A stretch of DNA of 60,792 bases from Candidatus Aminicenantes bacterium (GCA_002877915.1 PNJE01000075.1:1-60792); one strand, 5' to 3'; positions 1-10,543 are shown, counted from the stretch's first letter. Notes: generated by a model from the sequence alone, not told the origin. Numbers and translations: made by a program.

Positions 1-119
1 TTTTAAGCTCCAATTATCTGTTTATATTTATCATAGCTCAAAGCCTATTCTTTTACGATTTAATTATACCATTTTTTGAGTCCGCCGACAGAAACTGCCT
101 CTGACTGCTGTTTTAATGG

Positions 120-521
120 ATTGATGGTTTATCGTCATTCAGTAGCCTCTAAGATGCCCGGCCTGAAATCTTGGAAAATTCAGTCCTGGGTTTTTTTCTT
201 GGGACTAGGAATAAAATACCTGTTTTCCTGATTTCCTGCGGCTAAAATCACCGTCCTTAGGATGAATGCTAGCCCAAGGCAAATTGTGCTTATTTGAGCA
301 TTAATAACTTGCATGCTATCTTATTTCCCAGGGCCGGCAGTTAGGCTGCCCCCCGGTGAATTTATATAAAAATAAAAATCCTTCTCTTGGGCCTCATCTT
401 CCAGACAAAGCAATCGAGCCATCACTAAAAAGATTATCCGACCCTTTAGCCGCCGAGAATGCATATTATCACCACGCTCGCTGCGGCCATCAGATTTAAT
501 TACGAATGGAATTAAGACCAT
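120..521 (-). pseudogene. clpP: Degraded clpP (ATP-dependent Clp protease proteolytic subunit) remnant
   Basis: ORF 321..521 reads [40 protein letters not shown], matching the ClpP N-terminus with ~12 aa missing. Past the in-frame TAA (321-323) the same frame continues DSMQVINAQISTICLGLAFILRTVILAAGNQENRY (ClpP DTMQ..VSTICxGxAASMxxxLLAAG..KR) to a TGA; a MTINHQS fragment (cf. IMIHQP) lies near 120-138. It sits directly downstream of tig. Confidence 0.85.
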
Positions 522-530
522 AGAAAAACT

Positions 531-1811
531 TTATTCTATTATAATATTATTGGCCAAAAAGTCAACGACTTTGTTTAAAAGCAGGCTATATTTCCAATCT
601 TCCAGCCTGTTTTCTCTATTCAATGCTGCTTTTAGCTGGTCCAGGGGTATATGACGCTCGGCGGAAGCCTTTTTTAAATCTTCTTCCAACTCTTCTTCAG
701 ATACTGATAAGCCCTCTTTTTCAGCTATTTTCTTCAACAGCACCTGGTATCTGAGATTATCCTCAGCTTTTTTCCTGGCTTCTTCAGCAATTTGAGGCCA
801 AATTTCCCGCGGCATCTTTTGCAATTGTTCCCGAGTGAATTCTTGGCTTATTATTGATTGAGCTTCTTCTTTTACCAGACTTTCAGGAAGAGTCAAATTA
901 ACGGCCGTTGCTAATTTCTGCAGAAATTCATGGATAGCCCTTTCTCTCGCTTCGGCCGCTAAATGATTAGTCAAATCCTGACGGATTTTACTCTTCATTT
1001 CTTCGAGACTGGCTACCTCTGCCCCGAAACTTTGAGCAAAGTCATCATTTAACTCTGGCAATTTCTTTTCTTTTATCTCCAACAATTTCAGGCGGTATTC
1101 AATTTGCTTGCCGGCGAATTTTTTTTGCTGATAATCTTCGGGGTAGTTTACCTGAAATACCTTCTCTTCTCCAGGCTTCATCCCAGCTAAAGCCTTGTTC
1201 AACTGGGGTTCATTTTCAGAATGTCCGATGAGGACAGCCACTTTTTCTAACGGCAGATACTTTTTGCTGGCCAAGTCCTTTCCTTGAATCTCAATAATGG
1301 CATAATCTCCATCTTTGGCCCCTCGGTCATTCACTGGCAGGTATTCAGCGGCTTTTTCCTGAAGGTTTTTGATTATCCGATCAATTTCTGAATCGTCGAT
1401 CTTTATTTCTGGTTTTTTTATCTTATTATCCAGATAATTATCCGGCAAGCTGAATTCGGGCCAAATTTCCAAGGAAACCCGGTACTTGATGCCTTTTTCC
1501 AGGTCAAAGTCGACCGATTTAACTGTGGGCACACTAACCGGTCTAATGTTCAGAACCTCAAGCTCCCGTTGTAAATTTTCTGGAATTAAATTATCCAGGA
1601 CTGCTTCTTTAATCTCGGCCTCAAACATCCTCTGGACCATCTCTTTTGGGGCATAACCTTTTCGGAAACCAGGCAATTTAGCTTTGCTGGTATATTCCTT
1701 AAGGATTTTCTCATATTCCTTTTTAACCACCTCAGGCGAAATTTCCAGGTCCAGTTCCCGGATGGTAGGATTAGTGGTTTTCAACTCATCTTCCTTAGGC
1801 TTTTCTTCCAT
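531..1811 (-). CDS. tig: Trigger factor
   Basis: 426 aa with the GFRKGxAP ribosome-binding motif, an FKBP-like middle region and a C-terminal SurA-like helical region; canonical tRNA-Leu/tig/clpP context. Confidence 0.95.
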   Translation of the reverse strand: MEEKPKEDELKTTNPTIRELDLEISPEVVKKEYEKILKEYTSKAKLPGFRKGYAPKEMVQRMFEAEIKEAVLDNLIPENLQRELEVLNIRPVSVPTVKSVDFDLEKGIKYRVSLEIWPEFSLPDNYLDNKIKKPEIKIDDSEIDRIIKNLQEKAAEYLPVNDRGAKDGDYAIIEIQGKDLASKKYLPLEKVAVLIGHSENEPQLNKALAGMKPGEEKVFQVNYPEDYQQKKFAGKQIEYRLKLLEIKEKKLPELNDDFAQSFGAEVASLEEMKSKIRQDLTNHLAAEARERAIHEFLQKLATAVNLTLPESLVKEEAQSIISQEFTREQLQKMPREIWPQIAEEARKKAEDNLRYQVLLKKIAEKEGLSVSEEELEEDLKKASAERHIPLDQLKAALNRENRLEDWKYSLLLNKVVDFLANNIIIE

Positions 1812-1885
1812 TTTATTTCCTTATCAGGTAATTAGATATTAGATTATTTCCCTGCCCTTTTTCTCTGTCTATCCTTTAATTTTAA

Positions 1886-1973
1886 TGGTGGGCAGAGCGG
1901 GAATCGAACCCGCACTCCTTATTCAGGAACTAGGTCCTAAGCCTAGTGCGTCTGCCAATTCCGCCACCTGCCC
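1886..1973 (-). tRNA. tRNA-Leu(TAG)
   Basis: Reverse complement GGGCAGGTGGCGGAATTGGCAGACGCACTAGGCTTAGGACCTAG...GGTTCGATTCCCGCTCTGCCCACCA: anticodon stem CTAGG/CCTAG around TAG, long variable arm, TTC T-loop and encoded CCA. Confidence 0.97.
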
Positions 1974-2078
1974 ATTTTTAAAGGTTGATTTTAAATGCTT
2001 TTACCTGCGGGCGAAAGGAAAAATAAGATACTTAAATACCATAAATTTATAAATCAGTCAATCTGCAGCCCGAAGCGG

Positions 2079-3908
2079 TTATTTAATAAGTTTCCTCAGG
2101 CGATCAGCCAAACTTTTATCCAGTCTTTCGAGAACCTTCAGTACTTCTTGGGCGCTATAATTATCGTGAAGATTGAGATAAGTTATTGCCAGGTTAAACT
2201 GGGCCACCGGATTATCCGGTTTCAGCTGAACACTTTTTTCCAGATACGGCAGGGCCTTTTCAAAATTTTTCATCAGCATATACTCCAACCCAATGTTCAA
2301 CCAGCCGTTAGGATCATCAGGAGCCAGGGAATTGTACTTTTTAAAAGCTTCGACCGCCTCTGGATGTTTATTCATCTTATTGTAGACCAGACCGAGGTTA
2401 TACCAGGCATAGGTATAATCATTTTTTAAAGCTAAACAATCATTCAGAGCCTTTACTGCTTCTTCCAATTTGTTAAGCTTGAAATACATTATGGCCAGGT
2501 TATAGATAGCTACTTCATTTTTGGGATTAATTTCTATAATTTTTTTAACTGCTTCTATTGCTTTTTCATAATCTCCAGCTCGGTCATACATCTGAATAAT
2601 CTGATTATAATAGGTAACTGCATCTTTGGGATTTATTTCTATCAACTTCTTAAAGGCCGCTTCCGCTTCGGCATACTGGCCGGCGGCGGCCAGCAGCTGC
2701 CCTAAACTATAATATGATTTGATATCATCTGGCTTGAGTTTAATAGCTTCCTTATAGGCCAAAATAGCCTGGTCAATGGCTTTAGAATTCTGATAGGCCT
2801 GGGCCAGTTTTAACCAGCCACTCCAGGGATTCTGGGGCTGGCTCTGGACATACTTTTGATAGTTTTCAGCCGCCTTAGGAAAGTCCTGCAATTCTTCATA
2901 AGCCGAGCCCAGTTCAAAATAAATTTCTTTGGAGTCAATTTTATTAGCCACTGCTTTTTCCATCTGCTCAATTGCTTCCTTGAACTTCCGTTGGGCTAAA
3001 AAATTAAGTCCCAGGCCATAGAACACTTGCGGGTCATCGGGCTTCAGCCGGAGAGCCTGGACGAAATTATTATATGAGTCATTAAAATTTCTCAGCTGAT
3101 AATAACAACGGCCGAGGCAAAGATAAGCCTCAAAATCGTCGGGCTTCAGCTTGACATATTTTTCTATGTACCTAGTCGCCAGGCCGGGCTCATTCAACAG
3201 GTAGGCGGCTTTCCCAGCCAGGTATGCCCCTTCTGAGGTATCAAAATAATTTTCTTTTTTAATGGCCTTTAATTCGGTGCCCTTGGCAAATCTATTCATC
3301 GCCAGGATGGGCTCCAAGGAAACTCCAAATTTAACTCCCTGTTCCAGAACTAAAGCCAAACCGACGACTTTCCCTTGAGGGTTAAAAAGGGGCGAGCCGC
3401 AAGCCACCTTTTCCAGAGTCATAGCAATATCCATCACCCTAATCCCCGGAGATAGCTCCAGCCAATCTCGCAGCTGCCCTTCGGTAATAATGACCTGATT
3501 ATTTATTTCACTCAGGGCGCATAGCCGGGCGCCTTTTTCCAGAGTAGCTCCACTTTCCAACGTGAGAAACTCAAACTTACCTTTAGCCCGGACAATAGCC
3601 AAGTCATATTTTGGGTCTGCAGCAACCAAGGCTTCCACTCTAAATTTTTTGCCAGAATTAGTAGTAATTTCAGCTTCTGAAGCAGAGGACACGATATGGT
3701 AAGGAACGAGAATTATATTTTCACCTATTATGAAGCCAGTTCCCTCACCGACGACATTTTGGCTATTGTCCCAGGCTGTGATTATTATTACTCCATAAGA
3801 ATTCTTGGCTAAAATGTCAGTCGACTCCTGTGATTGTGGCAAAGCCAGAGGGCAAATTATGAAAATCACCAATAAAAAAATTGTTAGAAAATGAAAATGC
3901 CTTTCCAT
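2079..3908 (-). CDS. Exported trypsin-like (S1/HtrA-like) peptidase domain plus long TPR array
   Basis: Signal peptide; GTGFII, PYHIV (His), DLAIV (Asp) and xxCGSPLFN..GKVVG; C-terminal ~11 TPR-like repeats (AYYNLG-type). Confidence 0.8.
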   Translation of the reverse strand: MERHFHFLTIFLLVIFIICPLALPQSQESTDILAKNSYGVIIITAWDNSQNVVGEGTGFIIGENIILVPYHIVSSASEAEITTNSGKKFRVEALVAADPKYDLAIVRAKGKFEFLTLESGATLEKGARLCALSEINNQVIITEGQLRDWLELSPGIRVMDIAMTLEKVACGSPLFNPQGKVVGLALVLEQGVKFGVSLEPILAMNRFAKGTELKAIKKENYFDTSEGAYLAGKAAYLLNEPGLATRYIEKYVKLKPDDFEAYLCLGRCYYQLRNFNDSYNNFVQALRLKPDDPQVFYGLGLNFLAQRKFKEAIEQMEKAVANKIDSKEIYFELGSAYEELQDFPKAAENYQKYVQSQPQNPWSGWLKLAQAYQNSKAIDQAILAYKEAIKLKPDDIKSYYSLGQLLAAAGQYAEAEAAFKKLIEINPKDAVTYYNQIIQMYDRAGDYEKAIEAVKKIIEINPKNEVAIYNLAIMYFKLNKLEEAVKALNDCLALKNDYTYAWYNLGLVYNKMNKHPEAVEAFKKYNSLAPDDPNGWLNIGLEYMLMKNFEKALPYLEKSVQLKPDNPVAQFNLAITYLNLHDNYSAQEVLKVLERLDKSLADRLRKLIK

Positions 3909-3992
3909 CCGGCCGGCCTCCTTCCATTCCTTATTGGAAAATTTATCTTATTTATTGGCTCAAAGTCAAATTTTTATTAAAATCCAATTCTA

Positions 3993-4466
3993 ATGGGAAA
4001 ATATGAAAAAATCGGCTGGTGGCTGACTATTATTATTTCTGGTTTGATATTGTTTAGTGTTTTTTTGGCCCCATTATTTTATAACCGACAACCGACCTTA
4101 AGCGCTTTCATTTATCTCCTCTATTCTCCCCTCTGCCATCAGCAGCCATCTCGAAGTTATTTTATCTTTGGTCACCAGCTGGCGGTCTGCAGCCGCTGCT
4201 TGGGAATTTATGCCGGCTTTTTTCTCAGCGCCCTTATTTATCCTATCTGGAAAAGGAAGCTGACTGGCTGGATAAGTTCCCGGCCAATGTTAATTATTGT
4301 CTCAGCTATTCCAATGGGAATAGATTTTTTCAGTAATTTGCTCGGGATAGCCTCCTCTCCCCTTTGGATAAAAACTATATCTGGTGTCATCTGGTCGGCC
4401 ATTATCCCTTTTTTCTGGTTTAAAGCCATTAGTGAGCTGGCTGATAGACTGAGTACTAAATTTTAA
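3993..4466 (+). CDS. DUF2085-like membrane protein
   Basis: Hydrophobic helices with the CHQ..RS...CSRCLGIYAG motif. Confidence 0.75.
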   Translation: MGKYEKIGWWLTIIISGLILFSVFLAPLFYNRQPTLSAFIYLLYSPLCHQQPSRSYFIFGHQLAVCSRCLGIYAGFFLSALIYPIWKRKLTGWISSRPMLIIVSAIPMGIDFFSNLLGIASSPLWIKTISGVIWSAIIPFFWFKAISELADRLSTKF

Positions 4467-4528
4467 CTTGCTTTAAGACGGGCTTTAGTTTTAAAATTAA
4501 GCGGTTTATCGAGTGTTGAGGTTTTAAT

Positions 4529-5053
4529 ATGAATAATAAAGAACCGAGCTATTTTCTTCCAGCCTTGATTGGGGGATCTCTGGCCGGTTTTATCTCGGCT
4601 GTCTCTTTAAATTGTCTCTGCTGTCTCTGGGTGATAGCCGGAGGCTTTTTCTCTGCTTACCTATTAATTAAGCAAACACCGTTCCCGCTTAAAACTGCTG
4701 ACGGCCTACTGGTAGGCGTTCTTTCAGGCGTATTTGCGGCGATAATAAACAGTCTCCTGGCCATTCCTCTCAGTCCAGTGTATTTCGCTGCCACCAAGAG
4801 ATTCCTGGCCAGCCTTTCCAGATTTTCTGATCAATTGCCTTCCGGTTGGAATGGATTATTAGCCGCCCGCTATCAGGGGTGGAACCCGACTTTTTTCCTG
4901 GTTAATATATTGATATCGGGCGTGATTTTTGCCTTTTTTGGAGCTATTGGGGGCTTAATCGGTTATTCACTTTATGAACCCAAAAAATCGAAGGAAGCTC
5001 AAAATGAAACACCGGTTGCTAAAAACCCGAGTGATAGTCAACCCAGCCTCTAA
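4529..5053 (+). CDS. Hypothetical multi-pass membrane protein
   Basis: 174 aa with about four Gly-rich hydrophobic helices and an LNCLCC motif. Confidence 0.7.
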   Translation: MNNKEPSYFLPALIGGSLAGFISAVSLNCLCCLWVIAGGFFSAYLLIKQTPFPLKTADGLLVGVLSGVFAAIINSLLAIPLSPVYFAATKRFLASLSRFSDQLPSGWNGLLAARYQGWNPTFFLVNILISGVIFAFFGAIGGLIGYSLYEPKKSKEAQNETPVAKNPSDSQPSL

Positions 5054-5954
5054 TAATGGTAAGACCAGACACCGCTGGTCAGAGATAAAAGAAGGCTTAA
5101 AGAGTTTCTTTAAAGAATTCAAGTATGATTTTACCGAAAGACCATTTCAGGCTACCGAGCTGGCCCGAGAAGCTTTAAAAGAAGGCACCGAGCTGTTGAT
5201 AGGAGTCGGTGGCGATGGAACAGTCAATGAAATTGCCAACGGCTTTTTTGATCAACAGAAAGTAATTAATCCTCAGGCTACGTTGGGTATTGTTCCTTCT
5301 GGAACTGGCTGCGACCTGACCCGCAGCCTGAATATTCCTCGCAATCTGAAAAATGCGATTAAGTTCATTTCAGAAGCTCCAGATCAATCAATCGATGTCG
5401 GTCGAGTAAATTATTCCAGTCCTGACGGTCAGCAGGCCAGCCGCTATTTTTTAAATATCGCTGATTTCGGCCTTGGAGGAGAAGTGGTCAGAAAAGTCAA
5501 CGAAGAAAGACTGAAAAGGAAAGCTTCTTCTTATGTTCGCTGTCTGATTGAAACGATGATTTCTTTCCGGGGCCAAAAAGTCAGGGTAGCGGTTAATGAC
5601 CAACCAGAAGTCTCTGGGCATTATCTTATTGGGGCTATCGCCAACGGCCGGATATTCGGCAAAGGCCTGAAGATTGCTCCTCTGGCTAAGCTCGATGATA
5701 ATCTTTTTGATATTGTCCTGGTGAAAAGCTTAAAGTTTATCGAATTCTGCCTTCACGGCTGGAAACTGATTAATGGCAGCCACCTCTCCTACCATAAAGT
5801 AACCATGCTTCGAGGACGTCAGATTAAGGTATTTCCATTAACTCCCGAACCTGTCCTTATTGAATTAGATGGGGAACAGGTCGGCCGGCTGCCGGCCAGT
5901 TTTGAGATAATTCCCTCCTCTCTCCAGGTAAAAGGATTCTTGAAAAAGGAGTAA
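5004..5954 (+). CDS. Diacylglycerol/lipid kinase (YegS/DgkA-cat family)
   Basis: IVNPAS, GVGGDGTVNE, GIVPSGTGCD and ELDGE motifs. ATG at 5004 (after AAGGAAG) is chosen over the ORF-track start at 4974. Confidence 0.9.
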   Translation: MKHRLLKTRVIVNPASNNGKTRHRWSEIKEGLKSFFKEFKYDFTERPFQATELAREALKEGTELLIGVGGDGTVNEIANGFFDQQKVINPQATLGIVPSGTGCDLTRSLNIPRNLKNAIKFISEAPDQSIDVGRVNYSSPDGQQASRYFLNIADFGLGGEVVRKVNEERLKRKASSYVRCLIETMISFRGQKVRVAVNDQPEVSGHYLIGAIANGRIFGKGLKIAPLAKLDDNLFDIVLVKSLKFIEFCLHGWKLINGSHLSYHKVTMLRGRQIKVFPLTPEPVLIELDGEQVGRLPASFEIIPSSLQVKGFLKKE

Positions 5955-5965
5955 CCCCTAATTTT

Positions 5966-6532
5966 TTATTCGGCTTTTCTCGAAAGATAATAGGGGTTAT
6001 TGGTCAGGCAAAGTCGCCCTCTTTCATCATAATAGCGATAAATAATTGTCTTAGTTTTAATATAGGGCTTATCATATTCCACCCTTTTTAAATAATTTCT
6101 GGTTTCCGGGTAAGGTGGCACACCATTATGTTTTTCCACGGCCAGCTGACCGGCGTTATAAGCTGCCAGCACCAAATTGCGGTTACCCTGATATTGTTTA
6201 ATTAGATCCTTAAGATACTTAACTCCACCTTCTATATTCTGCTCGGGATCAAAAATATTCACCACCCCATATCTCCGGGCAGTTTCGGGCAAAAGTTGCA
6301 TTAATCCAAAAGCCCCTTTTTCTGAAACGGCCAAAGGATCATAATTGGATTCAGCCTTAATCACCGCCCGAACAAAATCGGCTGGCACTCCATGCTTAGC
6401 GGCCACCTTTTGAATAATTGGATCAAATCTGGCCTTCAATTCTTCAACGGTTGAAGAAAACCCCAAAGAGGAAAGAGCCACCCCCAAGCAAATAATAATT
6501 CCGAAAATTAATCCTGCCTTCCCTCTGGCCAT
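5966..6532 (-). CDS. Soluble lytic transglycosylase (SLT domain)
   Basis: Signal peptide; AVIKAES (catalytic Glu), GAFGLMQL, AAYNAG and PPYPETRNY. Confidence 0.9.
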   Translation of the reverse strand: MARGKAGLIFGIIICLGVALSSLGFSSTVEELKARFDPIIQKVAAKHGVPADFVRAVIKAESNYDPLAVSEKGAFGLMQLLPETARRYGVVNIFDPEQNIEGGVKYLKDLIKQYQGNRNLVLAAYNAGQLAVEKHNGVPPYPETRNYLKRVEYDKPYIKTKTIIYRYYDERGRLCLTNNPYYLSRKAE

Positions 6533-6588
6533 CTTAATTATTCAATAATTAATATTGCCTTTTTTGGCAATCACCTTTTGAGGTGATT

Positions 6589-9228
6589 TTATAAATTTTT
6601 TGGGAGAAAATCAAAACATTTTTCCAGAGCTTTATCAACATTTTCTACCCCGGGGCCACCAGCCTGAGCAAAGTCAGCCCGCCCCCCTCCTCCACCGCCA
6701 ATTATCCGAGCCAGATCTTTAATTAGCTTGTTAGCCTGTATTTTGCCTATTAAGTCCGGCGTCACCGCCACGACCAAAAGAGCTCGCTCATCCTTGGTCG
6801 AAGCTAAAACTATGACTCCTGATTTGATTTTCTGTTTAAGAGAATCAGCGTAGTTTCTTAATGATTCTAAATCCAGTCCTTCAAACTTCTGACTGACAAC
6901 TTTTATTCCACTGACTTCTGTAGTTTTAGCCTCGGCTGATTGCTCTGATTGAAAAAGCAATTTTTGTTTCAGCTGCTTTATTTCTTCCTCTTTTTCTTCA
7001 AGATTCTTTAACAATTTCTCTACCCGGGTTAGCAATTCTTTTGGGTTAACTTTTAACTTCCTGGAAAGCTGATGGAGCCGCTCCTCAATTTCTTCCACAT
7101 AATTAAAGGCCTCTTCTCCAGTCACGGCTTCAATTCTCCTTAATCCAGCGGCCACACTCGATTCTGATATTATCTTGAAAAGGCCTATTTCCCCGGTACT
7201 TTTCACATGAATTCCCCCGCATAATTCTTTACTGAAGTCACCTATCTTTACCAGCCTGACTTTTTCTCCATATTTTTCTTCAAAAATAGCCATGGCTCCT
7301 TCAGCCAATCCTTCTTCTAAGGAGGTAACTTTGGTAGTAACTTCAAGATTCTGGCGGATTTTTTCGTTAATCAACCTTTCTACTCGCCTAATTTCTTCGT
7401 CGGTAAGAGGAGCAAAATGAGTGAAATCAAATCTGAGCCTCTGGGGACTCACCAGAGAACCCGATTGCCGAACATGATCGCCCAGAATCTGCCTTAAAGA
7501 GGCGTGCAACAAATGGGTGGCGGTATGATGGCGGCTTATAGCTTTCCTTCTGGCTGAATCAACCACGGCCATAGCTTTTTGCCCGGTCTTAAGCTCGCCG
7601 CTTAAAACCTTAACTTGATGAACAATCAAACCGGCCAATGGAGAAAAAGTATTCTCTACCACTCCAAAAAAGTTCGGCCCTTTTAAAATGCCCGTATCCC
7701 CGACCTGACCGCCAGATTCAGCATAGAATGGAGTCACCGACAGAATAACCTCTCCGCTTTCCCCTTCGCTCAGGGAGCCGATGGTTTTCCCATCCCTGAT
7801 TATTGCCAGGACTTCGGTCTCTTCAACTTCTTCTTTCTCATAGAAAACAGCCTCAGTTTTCAAATTCTTAAAAGCCTGGTAGATTGATTTTTCTCTGGCT
7901 CTGGCTTCTCCTTCCCAGGATTGTCGAGCTCTTTCTCTTTGGACTTCAAGTTCTTTTTGAAAACCGGCTTCATCAATTTCCAGATTTTTTTCCTTAGCCA
8001 GTTCCTGCGAGAGATCAATTGGAAAGCCAAAGGTGTCATAAAGCTTAAAAATCTTATCTCCAGGAATGACCGAATCGCCCGAAGCAATGGTTTCTTCAGC
8101 CAATTGTTCAAAATAACGTAGTCCCGAGCTTAAAGTATAGGCAAATCTTTCTTCTTCGGCCAAGCAAACCCGGCTGATATAAGGCAGGGAAGTTATTAGT
8201 TCAGGGTAGGCTTTTTTCATAATATCGCCCACCGTACTGGCCAGCCGGTAAAGAAACGGTTTATCAAGCCCGAGCAGGTTTCCTCTCCGATAGGCTCGCC
8301 GGATAAGGCGCCTCAAAACGTATCCGCGGCCTTCATTAGATGGACTAACTCCATCGCCTATGAGAAAAGTGATTGCCCGGATATGATCGGCGATAATCCG
8401 GATGTAGATATCTTCTTCTCCCCCAGATGGATATTCTTTGCCGGTTTCCTGACAGATAGCCTCAATTATCGGCAGGAAAAGATCAGTTTCATAATTACTC
8501 TTCTTGTCCTGGAGAACTGCGGCCATTCTTTCCAAACCCATGCCGGTATCAATGGAAGGTTTGGGCAAAGGAAGCAACTCGCCATCCTCCCTCTGGAACT
8601 TTTCCATGAAGACCAAATTCCAGAGTTCCACAAACCGATCACTGCCTTTTTCAATAAGCTCTTCAGGAATACCTCTCTCTATCTCTTCTCCCAGGTCATA
8701 ATGAATTTCAGAGCACGGACCACACGGACCGGTCTCGCCCATCGCCCAGAAATTATCTTTTTTCCCAAACCGGAAAATCCGAGAGCTATCTATTCCTATC
8801 TTTTTATTCCAGATATTAAAAGCCTCTTCATCTTCTTGGTAGATGGTGATATACAATCTGGACGGGGGCAACTTAAATACTTCAGTAATCAGTTCCCAGG
8901 CATAACTTATGGCCAGCTCTTTGAAATAATCCCCGAAAGAAAAATTGCCCAGCATTTCAAAAAACGTATGGTGCTTGGGAGTCCGGCCAACCTGATCCAG
9001 ATCATTATGTTTTCCGCTGACCCGGAGGCATTTCTGCACGCTGACCGCCCGGGAATAACTTCTTTTTTCCAGCCCCAGAAAAATATTCTTGAACTGGTTC
9101 ATCCCGGCATTGGTAAAAAGCAAGGTGGGATCGTCTTTGGGAATCAAAGACGCACTGGGAACGATATGATGTCCTCTCTTTTCAAAAAACTCCAGAAAAG
9201 ACGCTCTGATGTCATTAGCTTTCATCAT
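6589..9228 (-). CDS. alaS: Alanine--tRNA ligase
   Basis: FTNAGMNQFK, HHTFFEMLGNFSFGDYFK, DTGMGLER, HTATHLLH, ELCGGIHV and GGGGRADFAQAGG. Confidence 0.98.
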   Translation of the reverse strand: MMKANDIRASFLEFFEKRGHHIVPSASLIPKDDPTLLFTNAGMNQFKNIFLGLEKRSYSRAVSVQKCLRVSGKHNDLDQVGRTPKHHTFFEMLGNFSFGDYFKELAISYAWELITEVFKLPPSRLYITIYQEDEEAFNIWNKKIGIDSSRIFRFGKKDNFWAMGETGPCGPCSEIHYDLGEEIERGIPEELIEKGSDRFVELWNLVFMEKFQREDGELLPLPKPSIDTGMGLERMAAVLQDKKSNYETDLFLPIIEAICQETGKEYPSGGEEDIYIRIIADHIRAITFLIGDGVSPSNEGRGYVLRRLIRRAYRRGNLLGLDKPFLYRLASTVGDIMKKAYPELITSLPYISRVCLAEEERFAYTLSSGLRYFEQLAEETIASGDSVIPGDKIFKLYDTFGFPIDLSQELAKEKNLEIDEAGFQKELEVQRERARQSWEGEARAREKSIYQAFKNLKTEAVFYEKEEVEETEVLAIIRDGKTIGSLSEGESGEVILSVTPFYAESGGQVGDTGILKGPNFFGVVENTFSPLAGLIVHQVKVLSGELKTGQKAMAVVDSARRKAISRHHTATHLLHASLRQILGDHVRQSGSLVSPQRLRFDFTHFAPLTDEEIRRVERLINEKIRQNLEVTTKVTSLEEGLAEGAMAIFEEKYGEKVRLVKIGDFSKELCGGIHVKSTGEIGLFKIISESSVAAGLRRIEAVTGEEAFNYVEEIEERLHQLSRKLKVNPKELLTRVEKLLKNLEEKEEEIKQLKQKLLFQSEQSAEAKTTEVSGIKVVSQKFEGLDLESLRNYADSLKQKIKSGVIVLASTKDERALLVVAVTPDLIGKIQANKLIKDLARIIGGGGGGRADFAQAGGPGVENVDKALEKCFDFLPKNL

Positions 9229-9231
9229 CCT

Positions 9232-10386
9232 TTAACTTTCCTCTTCACCCCCTCCTTCAGCTCTTTCAACTTTGACCATTTCTTTTTCCATTTGCTCCAG
9301 GGCAATATCCAGAGTAGATTGAATCCCCATAACCCTTAATTTAAAAGCATCCGGATTAGAAGAATACTTTATCCCCTGTTCGAAGGAGATATAGCCGTCA
9401 CGATATAATTGATATATCGATTGATCAAAAGTCTGCATTCCATATTGGGAAACTCCGGTTGCAATGGCATCTCGAATTAAACCAGTTTTATCCCGGTCAA
9501 TTATGCATTCTTGAATATAAGGGGTAGTTATCATCACCTCGACTGCTGGAACCCTTCCCTGTTCATCCATTCGTGGTACCAGGCGCATGGAGATAACTGC
9601 TCTTAAAACACTGGCCAATTGTAGTCTTACCTGACGCTGGTGATGTGGAGGGAAAGTGGCAATAATTCGGTTGATGGTTTCAGGAGCATCAAGGGTATGT
9701 AAAGTGCTGAATACCAGATGGCCAGTCTCAGCTGCCAGCAGGGCCGTTTCGATGGTTTCCAAGTCGCGCATTTCCCCAACCAGAATCACATCAGGGTCTT
9801 CACGCAAGCAGGCCCTCAGCCCGCGGGAAAAATTCAAGACATCCATTCCTACTTCTCTCTGGCTGATGGTGCTTTTTTTATCTTTGTGAAGATATTCAAT
9901 CGGGTCCTCAATGGTGATGATATTTTCCCGACGGTAGGTATTGATATAGTCAATCATGGCCGCCAGGGTAGTTGTCTTTCCGCTTCCGGTGGTTCCAGTA
10001 ACTAAGACCAGCCCACGGGGATAAAAAGCTATTTTCTCTAAAACCTCAGGCAGAAGCAATTCCCGAATGGACCTTACTTCCAATGGGATAATTCTTAAAG
10101 AAATAGCCAACGACCCTCTTTGATAATATATATTTCCCCGGAATCGGCCAAACCCCGGAAGGCTGTAAGCCAGGTCCACATCAAATTCTTCTTTTAGCTT
10201 TTTCTTTTGATAATCGGTCATAATCTGGTTGGCCAAATCTTGAGTATCATCAGGCGTTAGCCGCGGAAAACCAACCAGGGGAATTAACGTTCCATGGACT
10301 CTAATCATCGGATGGTTCCCGGCTTTTAAATGCAAATCCGAAGCATCTCTCTCAATAGCAATTTTTAAAAAATCATCAATAATCAT
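9232..10386 (-). CDS. pilT: PilT/PilU family type IV pilus twitching-motility ATPase
   Basis: ASDLHL, GTTGSGKTTT, TIEDPIEY, LREDPDVILVGEMRD and STLH motifs; ATG 10386 follows GGGAGG. Confidence 0.9.
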   Translation of the reverse strand: MIIDDFLKIAIERDASDLHLKAGNHPMIRVHGTLIPLVGFPRLTPDDTQDLANQIMTDYQKKKLKEEFDVDLAYSLPGFGRFRGNIYYQRGSLAISLRIIPLEVRSIRELLLPEVLEKIAFYPRGLVLVTGTTGSGKTTTLAAMIDYINTYRRENIITIEDPIEYLHKDKKSTISQREVGMDVLNFSRGLRACLREDPDVILVGEMRDLETIETALLAAETGHLVFSTLHTLDAPETINRIIATFPPHHQRQVRLQLASVLRAVISMRLVPRMDEQGRVPAVEVMITTPYIQECIIDRDKTGLIRDAIATGVSQYGMQTFDQSIYQLYRDGYISFEQGIKYSSNPDAFKLRVMGIQSTLDIALEQMEKEMVKVERAEGGGEEES

Positions 10387-10543
10387 CAGACCCTCCCCTT
10401 TTTTCTTTATTTCTAAATTCACCCAGGAGAATAAAAAAACTCAGGCTTTGGTCGCTGTTAAATAATTCATTAGAGTCAATCTTTTCGCCGGGATTCTTCA
10501 TTCCTTTTTACACCCTGACTCTTAAAAACTCAAGTTTGTTTTT

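Noticed and set aside
1886-1973. tRNA-Leu as a possible integration site
   Set aside because: No integrase, no duplicated tRNA 3' end and no phage or IS genes are seen in the window.
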